A stretch of 61,799 nt of DNA, counting the filler, from Sphacelaria rigidula (Eukaryota): the NCBI GenBank assembly GCA_964200075.2. It is 10 parts of 10 records of this genome, joined end to end, with 100 filler letters (N's around TTAATTAATTAA, not from the genome) between each part and the next. Parts side by side here need not be neighbours in the genome. Positions count along the whole stretch, not along the records: positions 49,522 to 55,610 come from CAXNAA020022306.1; positions 55,711 to 61,799 come from CAXNAA020022307.1; 8 more parts are not named here. One strand, written 5' to 3'. This document shows positions 49,946 through 61,799 of this stretch, one piece after another. Every line of letters begins with the position of its first letter. Positions within the stretch are counted from its first letter, which is position 1. The position numbers and the translations under genes were made by a program. A model generated the notes under the pieces. It saw only the letters and a program-made list of their open reading frames with translations, made no database searches and had not been told where the DNA came from.

Positions 49946-52900
49946 GGACAAAGGGGCCACCGGGGCAGCCCGACTTCGTGTCTGCGCCAATGTCGTACAA
50001 AGCACCAGCGATGAGCTACGTTGACAAGGTATTACTGTTGTTGCTATTTTTGCTTTTTTTTTTGTCACACTTGTAACCTCCTTCACCCAGTACGCTTTGG
50101 GCCGTACTCATAGCAGCTTGCAGCTCATCCTTCATGCGACTCGCCGAACAGATCACGTCGCTTCGCATTTGGTGATAGATGGCGAGCTTGGTCCGGCGAA
50201 AACCCGGGGTGCTCCGTCCCGGTCTTGTAGGGATGCGGGGACAATGGTATTACAACCACGGCATGCAAGATCATGAGTTCATGAGTACACCCACCCCATC
50301 CACCCATCATTATACGTCATGAGTACCTGGTCTGAAGGTCGGGTTTGCTCAAGTTCTTCAATGCATGTTATTACTTGTAGAGACGGTGAGTTCATTACGG
50401 ATTTGCACGTACAATAATCCTGACCAGCGTTTGCACACACCACTGTGTGGTACCTTTGGATATGCACTATAGTTGATACTCGCATTCTGGTGGGTGCACA
50501 CTCAAAAAGTAGGATATTTTCATGTTTGGGTGATGACCAGTTCTGCAGTCGTGAGTAAATCATAACGGTTGTCTTTGGAAAGAGATACACGCACATTTCC
50601 GTCTGGACGTTAGGCATGCATATGATGCATGGACACCTAGGGCTGACTCATGAAAGCGCTACCCGCTGGAAAGTTAATTTTTGGTGCTTTAGGGCTAAAC
50701 CCCGAGAGAGGCGTGTGGCAAACGTATACATTTGAGAGGATCCTGACCATTCAAATCCGGGAAAATGCCTGTGTGTACAGATTGCGATGATTCCGTTTTT
50801 TTTCGGTCGTTGGGGTTATTTGGATTTCTTTTCTTTTCAGGCTCTTGGTATGCTGTTTCCTCTCTGACAGTGCTGGGGAGACATTGGTTCCCAGAAGGGG
50901 TAACCACAGAAAGTTTGTTCCTTCGTTCTCTCTCCCTTTCCTCGTGTTCCGCGAATTTTCTTTGCGTCGAATCGAGCCATCTAAGTTTGTATTGGTGCAC
51001 GTGAACGTTTCGTGTGGTAGTAGCAGTGTCAACAGTAGTGTATGTTGTTATTGTTGTTGTTGACTGCTCTACACGAACTGACTTTGTTGTTCATGAATCG
51101 CAATTCCGAAGATTACACGATACCGTCACTGTCTGTTGACGGTGCGATGGGCGCTCAGGTGGTGCTTACGGCGAACGAGAACGAAGACTATCTCATCAAG
51201 ATCCTTCTAAGGCAGACAAGACGACCTGAGGTGAGTGACCTCCCATGGAACTTTGAACTCCCCTTTCCGCCCCAGCCTTTCACCAGAAATAACCCCAGCG
51301 GACGCTGGAATACCTGACTGGTGTGTGTTGTTCGTATTTGAGGCTGCTCGAAATCTGTTGTTTGTAAGTGACCGTTCAAAAGATCGTGAGTATGACTTGT
51401 GTTGTCGTCCCATCTATTCTGGACGCCGGTCTACACCTTTCGGTATATGTGGGCGCATCGGCCGGGGTCAAGCAGGAGGAAGGCCGACACGGGAGTTTTC
51501 TATTTTTTGTTTGTTTGTTTTTAGTTCCCCACCTTCCTTCTGTGGTGCGTGCCTTTATTTCTGCATCACGAGAAGTGTTTCAGCAGTCCCTCTCCCTCGT
51601 CGACCATGAAGTCGAATCGTGTGTACGCGCGACATGGTCGCTCTCCACTGTTGGGCATTGTGTGGGAAAAAAATCCCAGATCGTGTGACTGCACCGAGAT
51701 TCGAACCCACGACCCAACCGTCAGAAGGTTCCGCGGTTACCAACTGAGCCACCGGGGCTTGTATAACCGCATTATCTATCGCTTGGGTTAGGGCTAGCGT
51801 TACGGTGGAAAGTGCCGTTTACAATTAGTTTCACACCTTGGCGATGTTACGTGACAATATCGCTGCGTTGTGTTGATTCAGGTCCTTCGCGAGGGTGTGC
51901 TGCCGATGCACGACACACCATCGGATTGAAACATCCACACGGATTGTTCTGCTAACCGTCGACTGAAGCTTGACACTATTCGAGCTACACTGCAAGCCAT
52001 TAGGTCTCATTTAAATCTATGAGATGGTAGTCGTGAATCCATTGGATTGACAGCACGTTACCATCAGCAGTACGAATTCTAGTACCGCACAATAAAGTTC
52101 GGGAGTGTCGCTGGACCCGATTGACGGTCCGAGTTTGGTCAGATCGGAGATGGAAAGCAAGGAGGCATTTTGCAGTCGGGGAGGGAGTGGTGGGCATGCG
52201 AGGCAAGGACGCAGCAGAAGCGACTGTTGACGTTTGCAGAGAAGCAAAAGCGCGCGGCGGATAGCCAGTTCTTGTGTCTCCGTGCGTCTGCAGCTCCACT
52301 GTTCAAATTTTCCGTTCTAGCGAAATTCTGTTGGTATCGCATTTGCGGCGTACGTTTCGTCGGCGGGGAAGAAGCAGGATATGTCGCTCCTTGAATCTAC
52401 GGATTTCGTGTCTGAGTTGTCGAACGGTATTTCGGATATGTTTCTGGCCACTTTCAGGTGTTCATTCTCGTAGATTGTCGGAGGAGTGTTCAGGTACTTC
52501 TGAACGTGACTATCTGTCTTACTATTTTGTGTTACTTTTGGTGTTCCCTGTCGTATCCAGGTCGAGAAGTAGAATATAATAGGACTAGCGAATGAAATAT
52601 TTCATTCCACTTGTCCTTTTTTATTCTTCTAGTTTTTACTGCAAATACTGTACTGTTGATTTCCATAACTGTTTTCAGGTGGGCGACAAGTTCTCGTCTC
52701 GGCACGGGCAGAAGGGTGTATGCGGCATCATCGTCCCCCAGGAAGACATGCCCTTTGCCGACTCGGGGATCTGCCCGGACCTCATTATGAACCCTCATGG
52801 TTTTCCCTCGCGCATGACTGTTGGAAAGATGGTCGAGCTGGTGGCTGGAAAGGTGAGGGTCGATTGATGATACCTGTACTGTTATGCCCGTGAATGGGAC

Positions 52901-54499
52901 CCGATTTTGGGCATAAAATACCGGGAAAATGGACCTACCAACTACACAGTCACTTGAATGCAGAAGAAATGAAACCTTAATGAGCCAACCAGTATCAATC
53001 ACAAGTACACGCGTCACTCGAAATGACGACGGCGCTCATACAAAATGTACTATTGCTATAGTACATTCTACAACACACCTGTGACTGACGTTGCTGTACA
53101 CCTCTACACAGGGTTACAACAACAGGAGGATAGAAGCTGTTGCTTGTGTTGTTGTTGTGCTCCTCTTGTTGCAGCATCTTGTTGTGCCTATCTTTCAACG
53201 CTACTTTCTCGGCAACGAAGCAGAGGATTGGACTACGGTTTGATGCATGCTCTTCCCACACAGAACTTTTCAGTGTGGCAGCAGGTTACCGTAACGCGTG
53301 CCGCGGAGGCCGCAGCACTTTCCAAACCGCTGCACCAAACATGAAATGTACTGGAAACGCGTTTCTTCCAATGTTCTGGGGCTTTTCGGATCCGCTGTGG
53401 CGAATTGAGCAACTCCGCCGCCACACTAAATAGGTCTAGTGTGTGTGCGGGGGGCTGTGAATCGCCACAGGCCGGTTTGCTTCCTGTCTCGAGAACTATG
53501 CGATGAAAACATCACAGCTGTCGCATACTAAACCTAGGTAACTTGGAATGGAGTGTGTGTTATGTTCGGCAGAGGTTTGGCAAAGGTTCGGCACAGGTCC
53601 GACCAGTCTATTACGTCTCCAATACGTCTTCAATATCCCTCCGCGTTCTTTTATTTTTTGTTGACAACGGAGTTTTAGTCGGTAAGGTCTTCATTCACGG
53701 GCATAACTGTAGCAGGGTCATGTTCGGTTGCAGTAAGTCGGAAATAGCTGTGCGGTACAGGACTCGATGTGTCACGGTATCGCTGTGGTACCCCGAGATT
53801 GCGGTATCTTTCAAAGTACAGCACGGTACGGGGTGGTATCTTGTTTTTGCTGTTTTCCTCTGCACCACAGCATGTACCATGTGTCGTTTTCCAAAAGCAC
53901 GGTACTTGCCGTATTTATCGCGAATTCTTATGGGTATCATGATTAACAGAAACCTTGATACGCTTCTGCTGGAATCGCGGTTTTCGGCATGCCCCGCGTA
54001 AAGTACACCCGGGCTGCATTGGATGGCTGTATCTAGGCATCCTCAATCTGTCAGTCGGGACAAAGATGATGGAGAAGCGGACACCGTACAAGAGCCAGAA
54101 ATGAAACGGGCTCAGTAATGTTTTGGGATAATAATATAAAAATAAAACTCAGGGGAACGCAATAGTGATGACACCGTTAAGCAGGACCCAGCTGTAGTGA
54201 TGATGAGAGCAATTATTTGTAAAGTAAAATATGAGGGCAATAATGATCAGGCTCTTTGAGCAGGACCCAGCTGTAATGGTACTATAACTAGGAATGAGGG
54301 AAATATAGAAGTAGTCGCGTTGTCACGCCATCCTTAGAGGCGTTTTGCTGATCGACCACCTACCTACAGCTTCGACGTGTGGCCTGTTTTACCTTGTGCG
54401 GTCCTGTTCCAGGCTGGAGTGTTGCACGGCCACCAGGCGTACGGAACTGCGTTCGGAGAGGAATTCGGTAGCGCCGATAGGGTCGAGCTCTGCTGCCAG
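49946..54499 (+). CDS. POLR3B: RNA polymerase III second-largest subunit, four internal exons (49946-50028, 51159-51230, 52679-52852, 54413-54499)
   Basis: Spliced: ...[111 protein letters not shown]. All introns GT-AG, phase 0. [17 protein letters not shown] and [12 protein letters not shown] are RPC2-type rather than RPB2-type. Confidence 0.95.
50110..50305 (+). mobile_element. C-tailed family B 3' fragment (intronic)
   Basis: GTGCTCCGTCCCGG..GTAGGGATGCG..CAATGG..ATGAGTACAC followed by C-rich CCACCCCATCCACCC. Confidence 0.7.
51398..51758 (-). mobile_element. tRNA-derived SINE family 1, most complete copy (intronic)
   Basis: Head GCCCCGGTGGCTCAGTTGGTAAC (A box) ... GGGTTCGAATCTC (B box); (C)TTGT repeated at both flanks. 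Confidence 0.9.
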
Positions 54500-55610
54500 G
54501 TACAAGTCAATCGCTCAGCCACCGATGCCCCGATGTCCTTCCTTTTCAAGTGCTTGATTGATTTAGATTGGTTGGTTCTCTCACTTTAACTGATTCCCCA
54601 GGAGTCATGATCCAGCGGTGGTCATTATCCACATGACGGACGTTCCCAACATGGAACAGGATGGGATCACTTGAAGAATAAGGGTGGAGCCAATGAAAGG
54701 GTACAGCAGACAGAGTAGACTAAGGGGCAATATACAAAAAACGGTACACCCGTGTGCTTTTGGAGCAAAAGAGGGTAGCGCATTTCTCGCTTTGGGGCGC
54801 GGCGCTGCACGCTGGCTGAAAACCTCGAAAACACGTTCCAGCGCCCCAGCCCCTCGCCCAAGGTGTCTAGGCAGCATACCTGACCATTTTTTTCTTACTT
54901 TCACAAGTGTTACTGGGCCGAACTACCGCGCCGAAAATGAGAGCCTGTGACAGTACCCCTTTTTTGTAAGCAAAACAGGAGGGTACACCCTACCCTCTGC
55001 TAATATATATATATATATATCTGCCCTTTTTTGTTCTACTGTTGTCCCTTTTCTGTCAAGTGGTGACCATTCTTTGTGAAGTGATGACCGTACCGCCGTC
55101 TCAGCACCAGTGACGCCGAGCAGTCTCAACCATTAACATTTTCGGTGAAACTACTCCCCGCCGAAAAAGGCCGAAGCCCAACGACCAGAAGAGTGTAGCC
55201 CCCCCTGTTGGTTGCCCCAAAGGCCTGGAAGATCCAACGATGCATACAGGTCTCTAGTGTGCCGGACCTCACGAAGATCCAACGAACACGGGTGAACATC
55301 TTGCCGACACATCAGCCCGAACGGCATCATGCGGAGACAACATCAGACCGTTGCCGGATCTGCAATTTGCCGCTCGGAAACGGAGATGCACACCGATCGG
55401 ATTCAGGATTGGAGCAAGAACGCCCAAATCCAATGCCGTAGACTGTACAATCAGCTGTCTTCCTCTGATCGCAAAACACGCACCCTTCCGACCACAACTC
55501 GGAATACAGCTGTGAGACCGACGCGCCAATGTCACCGCATGGGTCAAGCGACGTTGTGCCACAAGGCGGCACCGGCACGAGCTGCTCCGCGTTTCAACCC
55601 CGACTCCTCA

Positions 55611-55710
55611 NNNNNNNNNNNNNNNNNNNNNNNNNNNNNNNNNNNNNNNNNNNNTTAATTAATTAANNNNNNNNNNNNNNNNNNNNNNNNNNNNNNNNNN
55701 NNNNNNNNNN
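55611..55710. other. Artificial contig linker
   Basis: N44-TTAATTAATTAA-N44. Confidence 0.99.
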
Positions 55711-55770
55711 AAGGGTCAAATGACTAAGGCAAGCAACAAATGAGTACGCCCTCCCCCCCCCCCTCCCCCT
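55711..55770 (+). mobile_element. 3' end of C-tailed LINE, family A
   Basis: GGTCAAATGACTAAGGCAAGCAACAAATGAGTACG followed by a C-rich run. Confidence 0.8.
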
Positions 55771-55801
55771 GGGCTTTTTCGTGTGTACTTTCTTTGGCCA
55801 G

Positions 55802-58800
55802 ATGGATGAGTGTAGGAGAGTTCGTCGCTCTATTGGTGTGGGTGGGAGCGATGATCTCTCACCTCTGGCAGGGTGCGTACCGGAGTATGGAGCGTTACCA
55901 CGATGGCACCGGGCCCTGCCCTGATGATCCCACCTCCAAGTGCTACCTAGACAGCCAGGACGAGCCCGAGCCTGCCGAATCTACCGCCCAGAAAAGGTGC
56001 GCAACACCTTGCTTGATGTAAACTCGTCTTGTTTCCTGCTTCGAAGTACATTTCCAAGTATGCACAAAATATGATGAAACTTTCTTCATTTACGAAGCAC
56101 TGGCTTTACCACCGTACGACGCCTTTGAGCGTTGTTATAATTGTCGTATATGATGAGTGGAGAGCAAGACCGCGGGTGTTTTTTTTTTTCGTGACCGGTG
56201 GCAGCATTGAGCAGCAATGCCGCACAAACTTTTACGTGCGGAAATATGCGCGCGACAGCTTTCACCTAACCAGCTTGGAGGAAAGCAGATTTCTGTTCGA
56301 TGGGTTGTCGGGAGGGTCGAGGGGGGAGAAACTAGGTTTTGTTTGATTATGGAGGTAGGTCGCCGTTTCGGTTGTTTTTTCTAGGATGCACGCAAAACGC
56401 ACAGCTAGCTGTGGTATGCTCACCAAAGATTGGTTGACGTGGTGGCACCTTTGTTCATGAGGAGCCATCGAGATCATTCTACCGTAGCGTGGATTTTCAT
56501 GACGGACGCTACAGGGGGTGTTGTGCATGGCTGCATTTATCTCCGATTGTCAGAAGGCAAACAAAATATCAATGGTATCCATTTCACGACGTGTTTTGGC
56601 CTCCCTCGTCTTCGTCCACCCACCCAACCAAAATTGCACACGCACAGGCTGTCTGTTGTCGCCGTGTACTTCGGGTTCGTGGCATCCTGCCACTTTGCCG
56701 TCATCCTCATCCCCGTCGCCCGCGATAGCAAGCTGTGGTCGGCCGTTGGGATCCCGTTTGAGCGCGCTGTTCTCTACCACGTCATCGCCGGACACCTGGC
56801 CTTCACCACCCTGTTTCTGCACGCCTTCCTTTTCGTCGTGTCCTGGGTGTGGGAGGAGGGCTGGAGCCACGCGTGGGCGGTGTCTACCCTACAGGACAAC
56901 GAGGACTACGGAGACGTTGACGTTCCCATGGGATGGGCGTCGGCATTGTGCGCGATGCCCATGTGGATTACATCTGTCAACTACGTCCGCCGCCGCTGGT
57001 ACTCGTTGTTCAAGGCCGCACACTGGCTGTTCATCGGCGTCTTCATCTTCGGTGCCCTGCATGTGAGTTATTTGTTTTTTTGATTGCCCCCTCTCCCGTT
57101 CGCTTTTTCCTTCAGCGCAGCGCGGAGCGCTCACACAATACCGCAGTGTGACGAGCAGACTACCGTCAGATAACCAGCTAGATTCTTTTCGAGCCCCAAA
57201 CGTATTGTCACGTCAACTCAACGCCCCCCCCCCTCCCAACAACGGTGGGTCACACTCCTAACAAAGGGTTGAGGTACACATGTGTCCCAAGAAAGAGACT
57301 TGCTTGCCATGTCATCGTGAAGCTGCGAGAGAAAGCATTCTGTGCGCTGAAATCTAATACGTGCAACCGCTCCGATATACAGTATGCGTGCGTTCACTGG
57401 CCGGTCTTGCGGAACCCACCTCAGTCTGCCGTTGTTGATTCTGATCCATGCCCCGCTCTGCGTGTTCCCCGTGTCGCTCTCCAAATCAAGTGGGACACGA
57501 ACGCTATCTACTTCGGTGGAGGTCTGGCGCTGTACACCATGCACGTCATGTCGAGGCTTACCGCCTGGAAGAGGTCAGCAAGGGTTGTACTGAATCTAAT
57601 CTTCTTTATTTCCAGGCCTTTTCACAACCAATTTGTCCAGATCTTCGGATGAAGTGGGCCTGTTGCCCTTCGTTTTTGTGCAGCTTGTGCGCAAAATCAT
57701 CCCTTTACGAGATCCCTTCCTCTTTGCCCCACCCCTTGCGCGCATGGTCCTGTGATATGCCGTTTGGTGCTTCCAGGTGGCGCTACTGGAACCGCTGGTT
57801 GGCTAAATCCGACGAGATGGCCAGCCCCACGAGCCTGCTTAACGCCCACACCACCGACAACTACACGCGCCTCGTCCTTAAAAACCCCAAGAGCGATGAG
57901 CCAGCGAGAGGGGGATCGTTCGTCTACATCAGCGTGCCAGGAGCGCTTGGCACCGACGAAGCCCACGCCATGACCGTCGCCCTGCGCGGCGCTCCCCCCT
58001 CCGCTTCCGAGACCAGCACGCACGCCGTGTCTGCTCCGCAGGAAGAGGTGTTCACGCTCTATGTCAAAGAATTGGGGACTTGGACCAAGGCTCTCCGCAA
58101 GATGGCTAGCAACGTTGCCGAACCTAAGGCGCTGCTCGTGGACGTCGACGGGTTCTACAGCCACACAACATCCTTCAACACGATGATGAAGGGAGGGGCG
58201 TCTCGCGTGCTCATCGTCGCCGGCGGGTCTGGCGTGACATCCTTGATGGGTTTTATCCAGGTATAAACGTGATGTCATATATTCGTCGGCCAACGGAATG
58301 CAGTCTTAGACGATTTGTTAAATTTCAGTGTTGATCGATTTTTATAGTTGTAACCGCGGTCCGAATTGTCCGCTATGTGGCCCCTCTTAACCTTGAGCTC
58401 CTATCGAGTACCAGTGTATTTGTTCTGGCAATAACGAGTTGGGGTAGGACAACAAACCAGGAGATTGCTATCATTACACGGTGGCAGTTTGACCAGGCGT
58501 ATCCCAAAGTGTACCAAATAAAATATGGAAGTGTATTCACCCGGCGGTACACAATTAACTCTTCGTATTCTGCGGATTTGAGAGAGGAGGACTACCAGAG
58601 TATCACAAGAAATATCCATGTCCCAGCATTTCATGTTCGCCACTGGCATAGCACAAACACCCCATTTGCCCTCCCACCGTTTCTTCTACGTAGTATCCGC
58701 TTTGCAGGCTATGCTGCGATTGCTGATACAGGGTTTGATTGCGTTCACCCCACCCCACCATAGCCTCCTCCCTATCCTCCCTTCCTTGCATCCCGTCATT

Positions 58801-60083
58801 TTGGTGCGACACGCAGGACTGGTGTGTGGCCGCTGCTGCCGGGTCGGCCGTGCCTGAGGTCCACTTGGTGTGGTGCTGCCGTTCGATGACGGAGATGGAG
58901 CTGGTCGGCGAAGCCATCCCCTCCATGCTCGTCTCTGCGGGAACGAAGAAGGACTCCCACTTCTCCCTGTCGCTGTACTGCACCAGCAAGGTGTGAGGAT
59001 CGAAAGACGGCGACGGACATGTGACTTCATCCCCACTCGTACACGAATCACGTTGCGGCTCTATTTTGCTATGTATGGTATACCCTTTTTTTTTGCTCTC
59101 CTGCCGCGCGTGGACCCACGGATAGACCTCTGAACCCCCAACCTTTGGAGAATGATCACTGAACTGTATTGTGCGCTGTGGGTGATCATTGTCCACATAG
59201 ATAGACGCTTTGTTCGATCTTTTCACTTCAAAATGTCGCTGAGTTGATGACGTTTGAAGTGTACAGCAATATGTTTTTGTTGTTAGCTGTACCTGCGCCA
59301 TGGTATGCACTATGAAGAGGCTGACAGGTTGAGAGTATTCAGCTTACGCCCCCTCCTCGGACGATTCACGCCGCATATGCGGGTTTCGTCTTGATTTGAA
59401 TGGACCAACTCAACGTCAAAACGAATGCAGGTGGAAACTGGCCCTCTCACCGTGACTTGGCCTGTGGACTACAAGGCCTACAGTGACGTGTCCAACGAGC
59501 AAGTCATGGGCAAACACCCCATCGCCTCAAGTCTCAACCATAGCGTCCGCATCCTTCTCGCAGGCACGTCTGCCTATCGGCCAAGCAATAAGATGAAAAC
59601 AAATTGTTGTAAATATGAGTCAAAAGCGTCTGCATGTAAGTATAGCCGTATTTTTACCACTTGGAATCTTGATGAGTATGCGCGGTTGTCAGTCGGCGTG
59701 CGACATGAGTTGCAGTTCTAAGAGCCGGGTTCGAGGTCATCTCACCAGTCTCATATGTGGTGAACACACTTATGTCGTTGTTGTTGTCCCGTTGTCGTCG
59801 GTGCCGTCGTTATTGTCTTGTTTTGTTTGCTGCGCGACCACGACTCTTCTCCCGCTCCTGTGTGCCGCTGCTATGCGTTGCCGAAACAGGGGGTGCCGCA
59901 TACGGCGGGTACGTCCTGGGCAAGTTCGAAATCGGCCGGCGTGGCGAGGAAGGATACCACTCAGGCGGCACTCGCTTGGTGTTCATGATCGTGTGCATCG
60001 TCAGCACTCTCCTTGTGTACGACTGGCTGGCCGACGTCGTTCTGGCTTTCCTACCCCAGAGCGGCAGGGCGTCGTCGGTTCAG
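55802..60083 (+). CDS. Ferric reductase / FRO-like flavocytochrome (partial); exons 55802-55996, 56648-57062, 57491-57573, 57777-58260, 58817-58990, 59431-59563 (or 59635), 59890-60083
   Basis: Phase-consistent exons give a TM domain with heme His pairs (YHVIAGH..LHAF; AAHWLF..ALH), FAD region FVYISVP..HAMT, NAD(P)H region VDVDGFY, VLIVAGGSGVTS, VHLVWCCR, and two further hydrophobic segments. Confidence 0.88.
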
Positions 60084-61799
60084 GTAGCTGCGCGCATCTC
60101 TGGCAACACAGGTGGCCACTGGGGGCAGGCTACGGGACCTTGCAGGCACCTTGCCTCAACCTGCCCAGTCAAGGTAGGTTATCCGCATTTGGCAAGGTGT
60201 GAGGTTGGCAAGGTCCTGTTTTGGACCCTCCTCAAGGTCCTGTTTTCGACCTTCCACCAGGTTCCGCAATTGGACTCGTCTCAATGTCTCCAACCCGTTG
60301 GAATCGACAATACGAAGATTTCGTTGCAGTTGATTATGTCATATACGAGCTGGGCCAGCAGTAAATCCCGCATTTGCATGTCATGCATAACTCATCAACG
60401 TTACCAAATCAGCACGACTTGAGTATATCGGTGTGACTTGCAGACCAACCTGATAAGGCATGCACACGTGAACAGGTAGCACCCTGTAGGACGTGCTGCA
60501 CAGGGTTCTTTGCAGTCTTTGTGAAACCCCCTACACGGCACTTGCAAACCCTAGTACCTGTATCAACATTTTGTGCAGCGTTTTTCTCGACACCCTGTAA
60601 GCAACCCTGTGGAGAGGCACTTCCAATTTGGAAATTCCGAATTATTTTGCTACAAAATATATATATATAAACTTGATTATTTAGAGAAGCTGGTTGACAT
60701 CAATCGTCATTTGGCCCGATTTCCAATCGGAAAAAAAAACGTATTTATTTGGAATAGCAGAAGAAGCTGTTCGAAATGAATCCTTTTTTCGCCCAATGAA
60801 ATTGGGAGGAAAATACTTATTTCGAACAGCTTCTCCTCCTGTACAAACCCCGTACACACTGGGAGATTTGGAGTTTGAACTGGAGAAGAAGCTCTAAATA
60901 AACCCCCACTTTGCTCGCCCATTCATCCGGAAATGGAGCAAAAAGATAACTTATTGCGAACAGCCTCAGCTGTGCAAGTCTCGCATGCTCCACCGTACTT
61001 AGCGGATGGGATCCGAGATGCATAAAATAATGTTGTTGAAGATATTTCATCCTCTTGCCCCCTGATCCATATATCAGTTGGGCTAAGGACAGAATTCTCA
61101 ACAGCTTTCGCTGAACACAAATCCCACACACTGCTTACAAGTGTATGTCCACACGCCCCTGCCTCAAAGCGATGTGGAAGAATAAGCAATTACCGCAAGC
61201 AGTAGTGCCGTATACCCCGAACGCGAGCAAGCCGCACCCTTGTGAGGTGTGTGCCGCGGTCCTGGATTGACTTGTTACACTCAAACTGTATGTTGATCTC
61301 CCACAAAGGGCAGTCGTCGACAGTAGACAGCTGTAGATGAAAGTAAGCACTGAGCTCTTTCTGAAAAGGAAACACCACTATGATATCGAGGGATTATATT
61401 ACTTGTGACTTACTCGGGTTATAGCTTGTCACAGCTCGCCAGCAGGGAGACGTCGCGGAGAACAGATGAAAAGCTGATCGTCCTTCTTGTGATTAGTCTA
61501 CGGTAGGTCTTTCTCTGACAGGTGGATTGCGAGTGCCTGCATGGGCGATGCGGCATACGATTACCCTCAAAAACTCCTAGCTACGCATACAATCTTGTCA
61601 TATAAATACCACTCCACACAACGCACTGTACCTCAAGCCAATCAAGCTGTAGGGGCGGCAGGTACCCGCGGCTAATCGGTTACAATCCTTTTGCCTTCAA
61701 CCCGCTGTGGCAATAATACAGGGGTCGAATCCTGCCTTACACAAACACACATTCGACTAGAATCCTTCCATATCCGCTGGTCGTTTCTGGGGACCATCT

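Noticed and set aside
51690..51758. Functional tRNA genes at SINE heads (also 7976, 12629, 46645, 47766)
   Set aside because: No closing acceptor stem; each continues into a shared repeat body and tail.
55230..55610. Possible LTR-retrotransposon RT remnant (HISPNGI)
   Set aside because: Too degenerate to support a call.
1..61799. Functional gene cluster of tubulin, transporter, Pol III subunit and reductase
   Set aside because: The genes lie on unrelated contigs joined artificially.

Overview
Eukaryotic, intron-rich, transposon-dense DNA; gene structure and repeat content suggest a brown alga (inference). The window is not one locus. It is ten unrelated contigs of 6091, 6091, 6090 (x5) and 6089 (x3) bp, joined by nine identical 100-bp linkers (N44-TTAATTAATTAA-N44), so neighbourhood across linkers means nothing. 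Four spliced host genes are recognisable as partial exon chains: delta-tubulin (contig 1), an SLC35F/THI74-like transporter exon (contig 6), the RNA polymerase III second-largest subunit (contig 9) and a ferric-reductase/FRO-like flavocytochrome (contig 10). Most other identifiable sequence is mobile or repetitive: a decayed chromodomain-bearing Ty3/Gypsy pol, a frameshifted gag-like ORF, LINE remnants, two tRNA-derived SINE families, two Tc1/mariner-type non-autonomous elements, a candidate Helitron, and a ~5.8 kb satellite of ~41-bp units. The most unusual observation is a pair of related non-LTR families whose 3' ends read ...ATGAGTAC(G/A)C followed by a C-run instead of poly(A), with hints of insertion into G/C homopolymers. 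I found no prokaryote-style system (CRISPR, defence island).
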